Part shown: positions 34,952 through 43,583 of the stretch, one piece after another
How the letters are laid out: each line of letters opens with the position of its first letter
Numbering within the stretch: position 1 is the first letter of the stretch
NCBI GenBank assembly: GCA_965662115.1
Contig: CBFIGH010000013.1
Coordinates: forward strand, 11,914 to 75,913
Reading direction: 5' to 3'
Length of the DNA stretch: 64,000 nt
DNA from: Cyanobium sp.
GTDB taxonomy: Bacteria > Cyanobacteriota > Cyanobacteriia > PCC-6307 > Cyanobiaceae
Notes under the pieces: generated by a model
What the model saw: only the letters and a program-made list of their open reading frames with translations
The model's database searches: none
What the model was told of the DNA's origin: nothing
Position numbers and translations under genes: made by a program

Positions 34952-36852
34952 GCGACCAAGCCCAGGGCGATGGCCGCATCCTGCATCAAGGTGCGGACAT
35001 AGGGGTGGGCGTGATCTGAAGCCAGATCACTGCACAGTTCATCCCCGGCCGCATTGCGCACCACCAAACCAGAACCGCGGCGACGGCACCAATAGGTGCG
35101 ATTCCGACGCTGCAACACCACCTCCCCTTCGCCGCCAGCTCCGGTATGACTGGCCCGCAGGCCGACCAGCTCAAGTTGGAGGCGCTCCTCGCCCTGCCAT
35201 TGGTCCAACCTCAGCCGGTAGGCCACATCCACCCTGGCTGGCAGGGTTGCTGAACCCTGCCAGCGCCAGCCCATGGCCCGTAAGCGATGCTCGCCCTGGG
35301 CCAACTCCAGCTGGAGGTGACCACCGCGTAGCAGCTTCTGGGTGACCACCTGGCAGCCCCGGCTCCAGAACACCGGGTCTGGATGGCCGATCCCGAAGGG
35401 TTCGAGCCGCTGCAGTTGGCGGTGGAAGTCGCGGTCAATTTCGCTGAGGGCCAGCAGGGCTTCAGGCTCCACCGGGGCACCGCTGCCGGTTTGTTGCAGC
35501 CAGGTCTGGGCGAGTCCATCGAGCTCGGCGTGCAGGGCCGCCACCTGGCCAGCGCGCACGGTGAAGCCTCCGGCCGCAGGATGGCCGCCAAAGCGCTCGA
35601 GCAGGGCAGCACAGTGCTGGAGCGCTTGGTCGACCGCAAACCCACGCGGTGCCCGTACCGAGGCCCGCAGGCGGCCATTGCCCTCTCCGGCCAACAGGGC
35701 GGCCGGTAGGCCAAAACGCTCCACCAGCCTGGCGGCCACAATCCCAATCACGCCATGGTGCCAATGGTTCTGCGCCAGGAGAAGGAAGGCTGGCCGGCGA
35801 GGCCCATCGGCCTCGAGCAAGGCCAAGGCCTCCGCCTCAATGGCGCTGCAGAGGTCCCGTCGCTGGCGGTTCAGGGCCTCGCAGTCCCGCGCCAGGGCCA
35901 GGGCCCGAGCGGGATCATCCGTGGTCAGCAGCTCCACCACGCGTTGGGGATCACCCAGCCGACCTACCGCGTTGATGCGAGGGGCGATCTGAAAGCCAAC
36001 GGCCTGGGCATTGAGGGGCGCTTCGCCGATGCCCGCCAGCTGTTGCAGGGCCTGGAGGCCCAGCAGGGGGCTCTGGCCGAGCTCCGGCAAGCCATCGATC
36101 AACCAGCGCCGGTTGACGCCCACCAGCGGTGCCATGTCGGCGATGGTGCCGATGCAGAAGAGATCGAGGGCAATCTTGAGACCATCGGCCCGTTTCAAGC
36201 TCTGGCACAGGGCCGAGGCCAGCACGTAGGCCAGGCCCACCCCGGCCAGACCGCGGTAGGGGGAGGCCGTCGGGGTGCGCAGGGGATGCAACAGGGCCAG
36301 GTGGGGCGGCAGCGGCTCCGGAATCGTGTGGTGGTCGGTGATGATCGCCTCGATGCCGAGCGTCTCGGCCCGCTCCAGGGCTTCGATGGCCGAGACGCCG
36401 TTGTCAACGGTGACCAACAGGGCGACCCCCTGCTCGGCCAACCGCTCAACCATGGCAGCGTTGAGGCCATAGCCGTCATCCATGCGGCTCGGAATGGCCG
36501 CGATCGGCCGTGCGCCCAGTCTCTGCAAAACCCCGACCAGCAGGGCGGTGCTGGTCATGCCATCGGCGTCGTAATCGCCGCAGATGGCCACCTTCTCAGC
36601 CTGCTTGCAGGCCCGCTTGAGCCGGGTCACGGCCTTGCTCAGGTCGGGAAAATGGCGGCTGGCCGGCGGGGCGCCTGGCGGATCGAGCAGGGTCTCGATC
36701 AGGGCCGGGCTGTCAAAGCCCCGTCTCGCCAACACGGCCAACAGGGGCTGGGGTAGGGGGTTGGCTTCAGGCACCTGGGTCAGGGCGTCGGGCGCCAGGG
36801 GGGCCGGCAGTTGCCAGCGTTGCTCTTCAAGGGCAGGCAGCAACGAGAGCAC
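34948..36852 (-). CDS. recJ: single-stranded-DNA-specific exonuclease RecJ
   Basis: VAICGDYDADGMTS, VTVDNG, ITDHH, FGGHPAAGG. Start set at GTG 36852 to avoid overlap with the divergent gene. The ORF is open to 37182. Confidence 0.9.
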   Translation of the reverse strand: MLSLLPALEEQRWQLPAPLAPDALTQVPEANPLPQPLLAVLARRGFDSPALIETLLDPPGAPPASRHFPDLSKAVTRLKRACKQAEKVAICGDYDADGMTSTALLVGVLQRLGARPIAAIPSRMDDGYGLNAAMVERLAEQGVALLVTVDNGVSAIEALERAETLGIEAIITDHHTIPEPLPPHLALLHPLRTPTASPYRGLAGVGLAYVLASALCQSLKRADGLKIALDLFCIGTIADMAPLVGVNRRWLIDGLPELGQSPLLGLQALQQLAGIGEAPLNAQAVGFQIAPRINAVGRLGDPQRVVELLTTDDPARALALARDCEALNRQRRDLCSAIEAEALALLEADGPRRPAFLLLAQNHWHHGVIGIVAARLVERFGLPAALLAGEGNGRLRASVRAPRGFAVDQALQHCAALLERFGGHPAAGGFTVRAGQVAALHAELDGLAQTWLQQTGSGAPVEPEALLALSEIDRDFHRQLQRLEPFGIGHPDPVFWSRGCQVVTQKLLRGGHLQLELAQGEHRLRAMGWRWQGSATLPARVDVAYRLRLDQWQGEERLQLELVGLRASHTGAGGEGEVVLQRRNRTYWCRRRGSGLVVRNAAGDELCSDLASDHAHPYVRTLMQDAAIALGLVA

Positions 36853-36930
36853 GTACAAGCTGCGGCCATTGTGCTGGCCATGCCGCCTGGATGCACCCCT
36901 TAACCTTGCCCAACCTCGTGTTGCGGCTGG

Positions 36931-37683
36931 ATGGCCTTGCGGACCCTGCTCTGGGATGTGGATGGCACCCTGGCGGAGACCGAGCACCATGGCCATCGCC
37001 TCGCCTTTAACCGGGCCTTTGCAGAGGCGGGGGTGCCCTTGCATTGGGATGGGGCCCGTTACGGCGCGTTGCTGCGCATCAGCGGCGGCCATGAACGCCT
37101 GGCCTTTGCCCTCGCTGAGCTGCAAGGCTCCGCGCCCGATCCAGCCCTGGTCGCCGAACTGCAAGCCCGCAAGCAGACCCATTACGCCTCACTGCTGGCT
37201 TCAGGGGAGCTGGGGCTCAGGCCCGGAGTGGACGAGCTGATCAGGGAGGCCGCTGCTGCCGGCTTAGCCCAAGCCATTGTCACCACCAGCGCTCGCCAGG
37301 CCGTCGCAGCCCTGGCCGAGCACCTGCTGGGAAGCCTGAGCGATTGCTTCAGCGTCTGGGTGTGCGGTGAGGATGTGGCGCGCAAAAAGCCCGATTGCCA
37401 GGCCTACCGGCGCGCCCTGCAGCTGCTGGATCTGAGCGCTGATCAGGCCCTGGCGCTTGAGGATTCCGCCCATGGCCTTGATGCCGCAGCCGGGGCCGGT
37501 TTGGCCTGTTTGGTAACCCTGAGCCACTACGGGCAGAGCGAGCCCCTGGAGCGCTTCGCCCGGGCCCGGGCCGTGGTCAGCGAGCTCGGCCCGGAAGTGT
37601 CGGTGTTGCGGGGGCCGACTTGTCATGCTGGGCAGGTCACGCTCTCCTATCTCCAAAACCTGCTGGAGGCTGCCCCGCTGTGA
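36931..37683 (+). CDS. HAD-superfamily phosphatase, CbbY-like
   Basis: LLWDVDGTLAETE, RISGGHERL, VTTSAR, EDSAHGLDAA. Confidence 0.8.
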   Translation: MALRTLLWDVDGTLAETEHHGHRLAFNRAFAEAGVPLHWDGARYGALLRISGGHERLAFALAELQGSAPDPALVAELQARKQTHYASLLASGELGLRPGVDELIREAAAAGLAQAIVTTSARQAVAALAEHLLGSLSDCFSVWVCGEDVARKKPDCQAYRRALQLLDLSADQALALEDSAHGLDAAAGAGLACLVTLSHYGQSEPLERFARARAVVSELGPEVSVLRGPTCHAGQVTLSYLQNLLEAAPL

Positions 37684-38027
37684 CCCGCCTCCCCCTCCAG
37701 CGCACCCGCTTCAACCGGGCCCTTGAGCGGCTGGGCTCCCTGCTGTTGGGCAACCTGCGCGGCAACTGGCGTTACCGCAGCAGCGTGGTTCTGGCCCTGT
37801 TGTTGGGCTTCTACGCAGCCAGCAATGTCACCTCCTTCGTGTTGGTGCAGATTCCCGGAGGCCGGCCGATGGCCGTTGTGCTGATGGTGCTGCTGGTGGA
37901 GGTGATGGTCCGGCTGCGGGGCCGGCTGGTGCCAGCCCAGCCAGGCCTGGGCTGGGTGGTGGCCGACAACCTGCGCATGGGCGCCGTCTACGCCGTGGTG
38001 CTTGAAGCCTTCAAACTCGGCACGTGA
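37680..38027 (+). CDS. Ycf20-like (DUF565) membrane protein
   Basis: GTGA overlap with the CbbY-like stop. Two helices plus the conserved-looking DNLRMGAVYAVVLEAFKLG ending. Confidence 0.6.
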   Translation: MTRLPLQRTRFNRALERLGSLLLGNLRGNWRYRSSVVLALLLGFYAASNVTSFVLVQIPGGRPMAVVLMVLLVEVMVRLRGRLVPAQPGLGWVVADNLRMGAVYAVVLEAFKLGT

Positions 38028-38794
38028 GGAGCCTCGATCCTGATCTGGATCAGCACTTCGCTGGCCCCCTGCTAGCCCAGTTGGCTGCCCTGGGATCCAG
38101 TGGCCACCGCCCAGTCGTGGGCCTGAATGGCCCCGTGGGGGCCGGCAAAACCACGCTCAGCAGACTGCTGCTCCACAGGGCGGCCGCCCAAGGATTGCGG
38201 TTGGCGGTGGCGTCGATCGATGATTTCTACCTGCCCTGGGAGGCGCGATTGGGGGCCCTGGCGGGCAATCCCTTCGGTGTGACGCGGGTGCTGCCTGGCA
38301 GCCATGACATTCCGCTGGCCCTGGCGTGTCTAGACAGCTGGCAGCAGGGCGCCAGCCTCCGCCTGCCCCGGTTCGACAAGTCGCTTCGCTGCGGCCAGGG
38401 GGACCGGGCTGGCGAGCAGCTGGTGGAAGCCGATGTGCTGCTGTTGGAGGGATGGTTGATCGGATGCCAACCGCTCGCCAGGCAGCGCTCCGCTTGGGAT
38501 GGGGCCTTGCTGGCCTACCTCCCCCTGTGGCGCCGCCTGAGCCAGCTCCACGTGCTCAGGCCTTTGCGTTGGACCCTGCCCAGGCGCTGGCGCTTCCAGG
38601 CCGAAGCCAGGCAACGCAAGTGCGGCCAAGCTTGGTTGCCGGCAGAGGAGCTCGATAAGGTGGTGAACGCAAGCCTTGGTTCCCTGCCCCCGGAGCTGTA
38701 TCAGGATCCGTTGATCAGCCAGGCCACGGGAGTCGCCATCCTCGATAGTCGCCGACGCTGGGTTGGTGGATCGCGCTTGGATGAAGCGGGTTAA
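38024..38794 (+). CDS. P-loop kinase resembling plant-type D-glycerate 3-kinase
   Basis: GLNGPVGAGKTT, ASIDDFYL, GSHDIPLA, LPRFDKS...GDRAG, LLLEGWLIG follow the GLYK pattern. GTGA overlap with the upstream gene. Confidence 0.7.
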   Translation: MRSLDPDLDQHFAGPLLAQLAALGSSGHRPVVGLNGPVGAGKTTLSRLLLHRAAAQGLRLAVASIDDFYLPWEARLGALAGNPFGVTRVLPGSHDIPLALACLDSWQQGASLRLPRFDKSLRCGQGDRAGEQLVEADVLLLEGWLIGCQPLARQRSAWDGALLAYLPLWRRLSQLHVLRPLRWTLPRRWRFQAEARQRKCGQAWLPAEELDKVVNASLGSLPPELYQDPLISQATGVAILDSRRRWVGGSRLDEAG

Positions 38795-38799
38795 GGGAT

Positions 38800-38979
38800 T
38801 CAGCCCTCGGCGTCGTCGCCGTCTTCAGGCACTGGGTAGATGAAGCCTTGGGCCCGGCCGCTGAGCACGGCCTTGCCGATCGAGAGAGCTTTTTGAGCAG
38901 CCACTGCCGCCTTGCCCTTCCAGGTGGCATGACGCTGGTTGCGCTTGCCCTGGGACTTTTTCTTCTTGGGAACTGCCAT
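38800..38979 (-). CDS. rpmF: 50S ribosomal protein L32
   Basis: [21 protein letters not shown]. Confidence 0.9.
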   Translation of the reverse strand: MAVPKKKKSQGKRNQRHATWKGKAAVAAQKALSIGKAVLSGRAQGFIYPVPEDGDDAEG

Positions 38980-39011
38980 ACCCGACGACCAACGCCAAAC
39001 CAAGATCCTGC

Positions 39012-40922
39012 TTGGCTACGTGGCCTTTCGTCAAATGGCTAAACTCATTTCAAAGTTTTAACCCTGTGAGCGTTAGCCTTCCTGCGGACAGGCCCCTGCT
39101 TCAGCTGAACCCCCTAGCCGCTGGGAAGCCAACGCCGTCTTACAGCCAGTTGCTCGGCGATCTCCGCGCGGGCCGGGTCAAGGACTTGGAGCTCTCGTTG
39201 CGGCAGCGCGAGGTGAGGGTGCGTTTTGACGATGGCCGTCAAGCGTCTGTTCCCGTCTTCAGCAACGACCAGCTGCTGCTGCGCACCGCTGAAGCGGCCA
39301 AGGTGCCTTTGACGGTCCGCGATGACCGCTCCGATGGGGCGACTGCAGGGTTGGTGGCGAATGGGCTGTTGGTGCTCCTGTTGCTGGGTGGTTTGGCCCT
39401 GCTGATCCGCCGCTCGGCCCAGGTGGCCAATCGGGCGATGGGATTTGGAAGCAGCAAGCCCCGGCTGCAGGCTGAAGGCGACGTGACCGTGCGCTTTGAG
39501 GATGTGGCCGGCATCGCCGAAGCCAAGGAGGAGCTCCAGGAGGTGGTCACCTTCCTCAAGGAGCCTGAGCGCTTCACCGCCGTGGGCGCGAAAATCCCCA
39601 AGGGCGTTCTGCTGGTGGGCCCCCCGGGCACGGGGAAGACCCTCTTGGCCCGGGCCATTGCCGGGGAGGCGGGGGTTCCCTTTTTCTCGATGGCGGCATC
39701 CGAGTTCGTCGAGATGTTTGTCGGGGTGGGAGCCAGTCGGGTGCGAGACCTGTTCCGCAAGGCCAAAGCCAAGGCCCCTTGCATCATTTTTATTGACGAG
39801 ATCGATGCGGTCGGTCGCCAACGGGGCGCCGGCATTGGCGGTGGCAACGATGAGCGGGAGCAGACCCTCAATCAGTTGCTGACGGAGATGGATGGCTTTG
39901 CGGACAATTCCGGCGTGATCCTGCTGGCGGCCACCAACCGTGCCGATGTGCTCGATACCGCCCTGATGCGTCCTGGTCGGTTCGACCGTCGCATCACCAT
40001 CGACTTGCCAGATCGCCGTGGCCGGGAGGCGATTCTGGCGGTCCATGCCCGCACCCGGCCCCTCGGAGCAGGGATATCCCTCTCCGCCTGGGCCAGTCGG
40101 ACCCCCGGTTTCTCCGGTGCAGACCTGGCCAACCTGCTCAATGAAGCCGCCATCCTCACGGCCCGCCGCCACCAGGACCAGATTGATGACGGGGCCATGG
40201 CTGGTGCCCTGGAGCGGATCACCATGGGCTTGTCTGCCGCACCGCTGCAGGACAGTGCCAAAAAGCGGCTGATTGCTTACCACGAGGTCGGCCATGCCCT
40301 GCTGGCCACCCTGGTGCCCCATGCCGATCCGCTCGACAAGGTCACCCTGCTGCCCCGTGCTGGGGGCGTGGGAGGTTTTGCCCGAATGGTGCCCGATGAA
40401 GAGATCATCGATTCCGGCCTGATCAGCAAGGCCTACCTGCGCGCCCGACTGGTGGTAGCCCTGGGGGGCAGGGCAGCCGAACTGGTGGTCTTTGGTGCTG
40501 GAGAAGTCACCCAGGGTGCCAGTGGCGACCTTGACCTCGTCACCCGGATCAGCCGCGAGATGGTGACCCGCTTTGGTTTCTCCAGCCTCGGGCCCCTAGC
40601 CCTCGAAGCAGACGGAACGGAGGTGTTTCTCGGCCGTGACTGGCTGCGCTCCGAACCCCCCTACTCCCGTGAAACCGGCAACCGGATCGATACCCTGGTG
40701 CGCGAGCTGGCGACGACGGCCCTCGATCAGGCCGTGGCCTATCTGCAACCCCGTCGCAACCTGATGGACCAGCTGGTGGAACTGCTGATCAAGGATGAGA
40801 CGATTGAAGGGGATGCCTTCCGGGCCGTGGTTGCTTCGGCCGAATCAGTTGCCGGTTTGGAGCGAACTGGTTTGCAGCCCACGGGCAAAGCGGATGTCCA
40901 GGCTGCGCAGGTAGGTGTGTAG
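39012..40922 (+). CDS. ftsH: ATP-dependent zinc metalloprotease FtsH paralogue (start uncertain: TTG 39012 or GTG 39066)
   Basis: [49 protein letters not shown]. Only one TM helix is evident (see findings). Confidence 0.9.
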   Translation: MATWPFVKWLNSFQSFNPVSVSLPADRPLLQLNPLAAGKPTPSYSQLLGDLRAGRVKDLELSLRQREVRVRFDDGRQASVPVFSNDQLLLRTAEAAKVPLTVRDDRSDGATAGLVANGLLVLLLLGGLALLIRRSAQVANRAMGFGSSKPRLQAEGDVTVRFEDVAGIAEAKEELQEVVTFLKEPERFTAVGAKIPKGVLLVGPPGTGKTLLARAIAGEAGVPFFSMAASEFVEMFVGVGASRVRDLFRKAKAKAPCIIFIDEIDAVGRQRGAGIGGGNDEREQTLNQLLTEMDGFADNSGVILLAATNRADVLDTALMRPGRFDRRITIDLPDRRGREAILAVHARTRPLGAGISLSAWASRTPGFSGADLANLLNEAAILTARRHQDQIDDGAMAGALERITMGLSAAPLQDSAKKRLIAYHEVGHALLATLVPHADPLDKVTLLPRAGGVGGFARMVPDEEIIDSGLISKAYLRARLVVALGGRAAELVVFGAGEVTQGASGDLDLVTRISREMVTRFGFSSLGPLALEADGTEVFLGRDWLRSEPPYSRETGNRIDTLVRELATTALDQAVAYLQPRRNLMDQLVELLIKDETIEGDAFRAVVASAESVAGLERTGLQPTGKADVQAAQVGV

Positions 40923-41825
40923 CCCCGCATCCTGAATCGGCAGTAGGCGGGCCTGGCGAGCGCTGCCGTTGACGTGGGCGTGCCAATGGCCGGGGGGGGT
41001 GATGAACGCACCCCCCGGTTGCCAGTCGATGCGCTGGGGATTGACAATGTTGCCCTCCGCGTCGATGTCGGTGCCCACCAGGGTGTAGCAGCCCGGGTCG
41101 CAGTCAATGATCAGGTCCAGGGCAACCGATTGGTGGCGATGCGGTGCCTGGCTGGCTCCGGACGGCACAACCCCGAGCATGGCCCAGAGGGTATGGGTCA
41201 CCGTGCGGCTCTGGGGCAGGTCGCTGTTAGCCAGCAACAGGCTGAGTCTGTTGCTGTTGGCGGCGCTGGGATCGGCCAGCAGCTGATCGAGTTCCGTTTG
41301 CAGCAGGGCGGCCGGGTAATGGGTGGGTTCGAAGCGGGCGCTGGTGGCAGCCACGCCGAGGAAGCGCAACAGCGGCCCGTCATGCACCCAGTAAAGAACG
41401 CTGGTGTGATCGGCCTGCAGCAGGGGAGCCTCTCCAGCGGGGAAAACCATCAGGTCCCCTGCCGCCCAGTCCAGCCGTTGGCCGGCCCATTGCAGCACTC
41501 CGCTTCCCTGCAGCACGTAGAACAGTGAGCTGGTGGCTTCGGCTGCGGCCTTCAGCCCCTCTCCAGCCAGAATCCTGAGGAAATGGGCTGCCAGGGCCGG
41601 ACTGGTGGCCGGACCGCTACAGCCCATCTGCCCACTGAGATCAAGGGGCAGTACAGCGGTTGCACCGGACTGGTGCAGGGCAGCATCCCAATGGTGGTAC
41701 CCAATCGGTTCGGTCAGGCCCCGACGCACCGGATTGGCCGCCTGGCGGTAATCGAACAGCAAGGCCTTGGCTTGCCAAGTCGCCTGGCTGGTGGAATCGC
41801 CGGTTTGGATCGGGGCCTGGGTCAT
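40845..41825 (-). CDS. bicupin protein (gentisate-dioxygenase-like fold, function unknown)
   Basis: Two cupin-like halves (LFYVLQGSG...GDLMVFPAG and PHRHQSVALDLIID...PPGHWHAH). The 3' end overlaps ftsH by 78 nt. Confidence 0.6.
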   Translation of the reverse strand: MTQAPIQTGDSTSQATWQAKALLFDYRQAANPVRRGLTEPIGYHHWDAALHQSGATAVLPLDLSGQMGCSGPATSPALAAHFLRILAGEGLKAAAEATSSLFYVLQGSGVLQWAGQRLDWAAGDLMVFPAGEAPLLQADHTSVLYWVHDGPLLRFLGVAATSARFEPTHYPAALLQTELDQLLADPSAANSNRLSLLLANSDLPQSRTVTHTLWAMLGVVPSGASQAPHRHQSVALDLIIDCDPGCYTLVGTDIDAEGNIVNPQRIDWQPGGAFITPPGHWHAHVNGSARQARLLPIQDAGLHTYLRSLDIRFARGLQTSSLQTGN

Positions 41826-41873
41826 GGCGTGGGCGCAGCGCTGGCTTGGAATCGCGTGCAAGCCATTCTGGGA

Positions 41874-42149
41874 TCAACCGCCAGCCACTGCGGGCACGAT
41901 GCTCACCTCATCGCCGCTCTTGAGGGGGGTGGATTGGTGATCAAGGAAGCGGATGTCTTCACTGTTGACGTAAACGTTCAGGAAGCGGCGCAACTTGCCG
42001 GTCTCATCGCAGAGGCGGCCCTTGATGCCGGGGTAGTGCCCTTCGAGCGCATCGATCAGACCATCCACGCTGGTGGCGTCCAGATCGACACTGGCCTCAT
42101 TGTTGGTGAACTTCTGCAGAGGGGTGGGGATCAGAACCTGGACGGCCAT
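41874..42149 (-). CDS. MoaD/ThiS-family sulfur-carrier-like protein (C-terminal GG)
   Basis: About 91 aa ending in [10 protein letters not shown]. Beta-grasp-like pattern. 30 nt downstream of thrC. Confidence 0.75.
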   Translation of the reverse strand: MAVQVLIPTPLQKFTNNEASVDLDATSVDGLIDALEGHYPGIKGRLCDETGKLRRFLNVYVNSEDIRFLDHQSTPLKSGDEVSIVPAVAGG

Positions 42150-42179
42150 GGCGAAGATCGGGCGGGATAGGGAAAGCAA

Positions 42180-43451
42180 TCAGTGGCTGCGAGCCGCCTG
42201 GGCCTGGGCCCAGGCGGATTGGAAGCTATCGAGCTGGGCTTCAATCGTATAAGGGGAGCCGATGGAGTCGGCAATGGCCTCGGTTGTCTTGAGGCCATTG
42301 CCGGTGATGTAGGCGACGGTGCTTTCGTCGGGGCTGATCTTGCCCTGCTCCACCAGTTTTTTGAGCACCGCAATCGTCGTGCCTCCGGCGGTTTCGGTGA
42401 ACACCCCTTCGGTTTCGGCCAGCAGTTTGATGCCCTCAATGATCTCCGTATCGCTGACGGCGGCGATCGAGCCGCCGGTCTTGTTGGCGATGTCGATGGC
42501 GTAAGGGCCATCGGCGGGGTTGCCGATGGCGATCGACTTGGCAATCGTGTTGGGTTTAACCGGCGTGATGAAGTCCCGGCCCTCAGCGAAGGCCTGGGCG
42601 ATCGGGCTGCAGCCTTCGGCCTGAGCTCCGCTGAAGCGCACGGGCTTTTCATCCACCAAGCCAACCTTGATGAACTCATCAAAGCCCTTGCGGATTTTGG
42701 TGAACAGGGAACCGGAGGCCAGGGGCGCCACGATGTGGTCGGGCAGCTGCCAGCCCAGCTGTTCAATCACTTCGTAACCCAGGGTCTTGGAACCTTCGGA
42801 GTAATAGGGGCGCAGATTGATGTTGACGAAACCCCAGCCATAGGTGTTCGCCACTTCGGAGCAGAGGCGATTGACCTGGTCGTAGTTGCCATGCACCGCC
42901 ATCAAGGTGGGGTTGTAGACCAACGTGCCGAGCACTTTGCCCAGTTCGAGATCGCTCGGGATGAACACGCAGCACTCCAGGCCGGCATGGGCAGCGATGG
43001 CGGCGGTGGAGTTGGCCAGATTTCCGGTGGAGGCGCAGCTCACCGTGGTGAAACCCAGCTCGCGGGCCCTGGTGAGCGCCACACTCACCACCCGGTCTTT
43101 GAAGGAGAGCGTCGGCATGTTGACGCCGTCGTTCTTGATGTACAGACTTTTGATCCCCAGGCGCCGGGCCAGGTTGCCCGCCTTAAGGAGGGGGGTGAAC
43201 CCCGTGCCCACATCGATGGGATCGCCCTCAATCGGCAGGAACTCGCGGTAGCGCCAGATTGAGGTGGGGCCGGCCTCGATCGTGGCGCGGGTGACGCGAT
43301 TTTTGATCGCCTCGTAGTCGTAGACCACCTCGAGGGGGCCAAAACAGACGTCTTCACAGACGTGGCGGGCCCCGGCTCCGTAGGGGTGGCCGCATTCCTT
43401 GCAGCGCAACCCGGTGAACGTGGAGCGGGAGAGGGTGGCAGTCACGGTCAC
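42180..43451 (-). CDS. thrC: threonine synthase (with N-terminal Cys4 ribbon)
   Basis: CKECG...CEDVC ribbon; PTLSFKDRVVS (PLP lysine); ASTGNLANS. Confidence 0.9.
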   Translation of the reverse strand: MTVTATLSRSTFTGLRCKECGHPYGAGARHVCEDVCFGPLEVVYDYEAIKNRVTRATIEAGPTSIWRYREFLPIEGDPIDVGTGFTPLLKAGNLARRLGIKSLYIKNDGVNMPTLSFKDRVVSVALTRARELGFTTVSCASTGNLANSTAAIAAHAGLECCVFIPSDLELGKVLGTLVYNPTLMAVHGNYDQVNRLCSEVANTYGWGFVNINLRPYYSEGSKTLGYEVIEQLGWQLPDHIVAPLASGSLFTKIRKGFDEFIKVGLVDEKPVRFSGAQAEGCSPIAQAFAEGRDFITPVKPNTIAKSIAIGNPADGPYAIDIANKTGGSIAAVSDTEIIEGIKLLAETEGVFTETAGGTTIAVLKKLVEQGKISPDESTVAYITGNGLKTTEAIADSIGSPYTIEAQLDSFQSAWAQAQAARSH

Positions 43452-43583
43452 GCCCAGCAGTGGGTTGAGGCTAACAGCGCCAGATCGGAGGTTTGATTAA
43501 TTCCGACTTCAAGGGTCGGGTATTTTATCAACCAGAAGGCTTGCTGTTGGGCCAAGGCTTCCTAGCCTCCATGGAGCAGCCGA

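Noticed and set aside
38848-39042. 64-aa plus-strand ORF containing a hydrophobic stretch ([14 protein letters not shown]) that could have supplied the missing FtsH TM1 via a frameshift
   Set aside because: The stretch lies squarely antisense to the highly conserved rpmF coding sequence (38800-38979) and in a different frame from ftsH. It is most likely coincidence.
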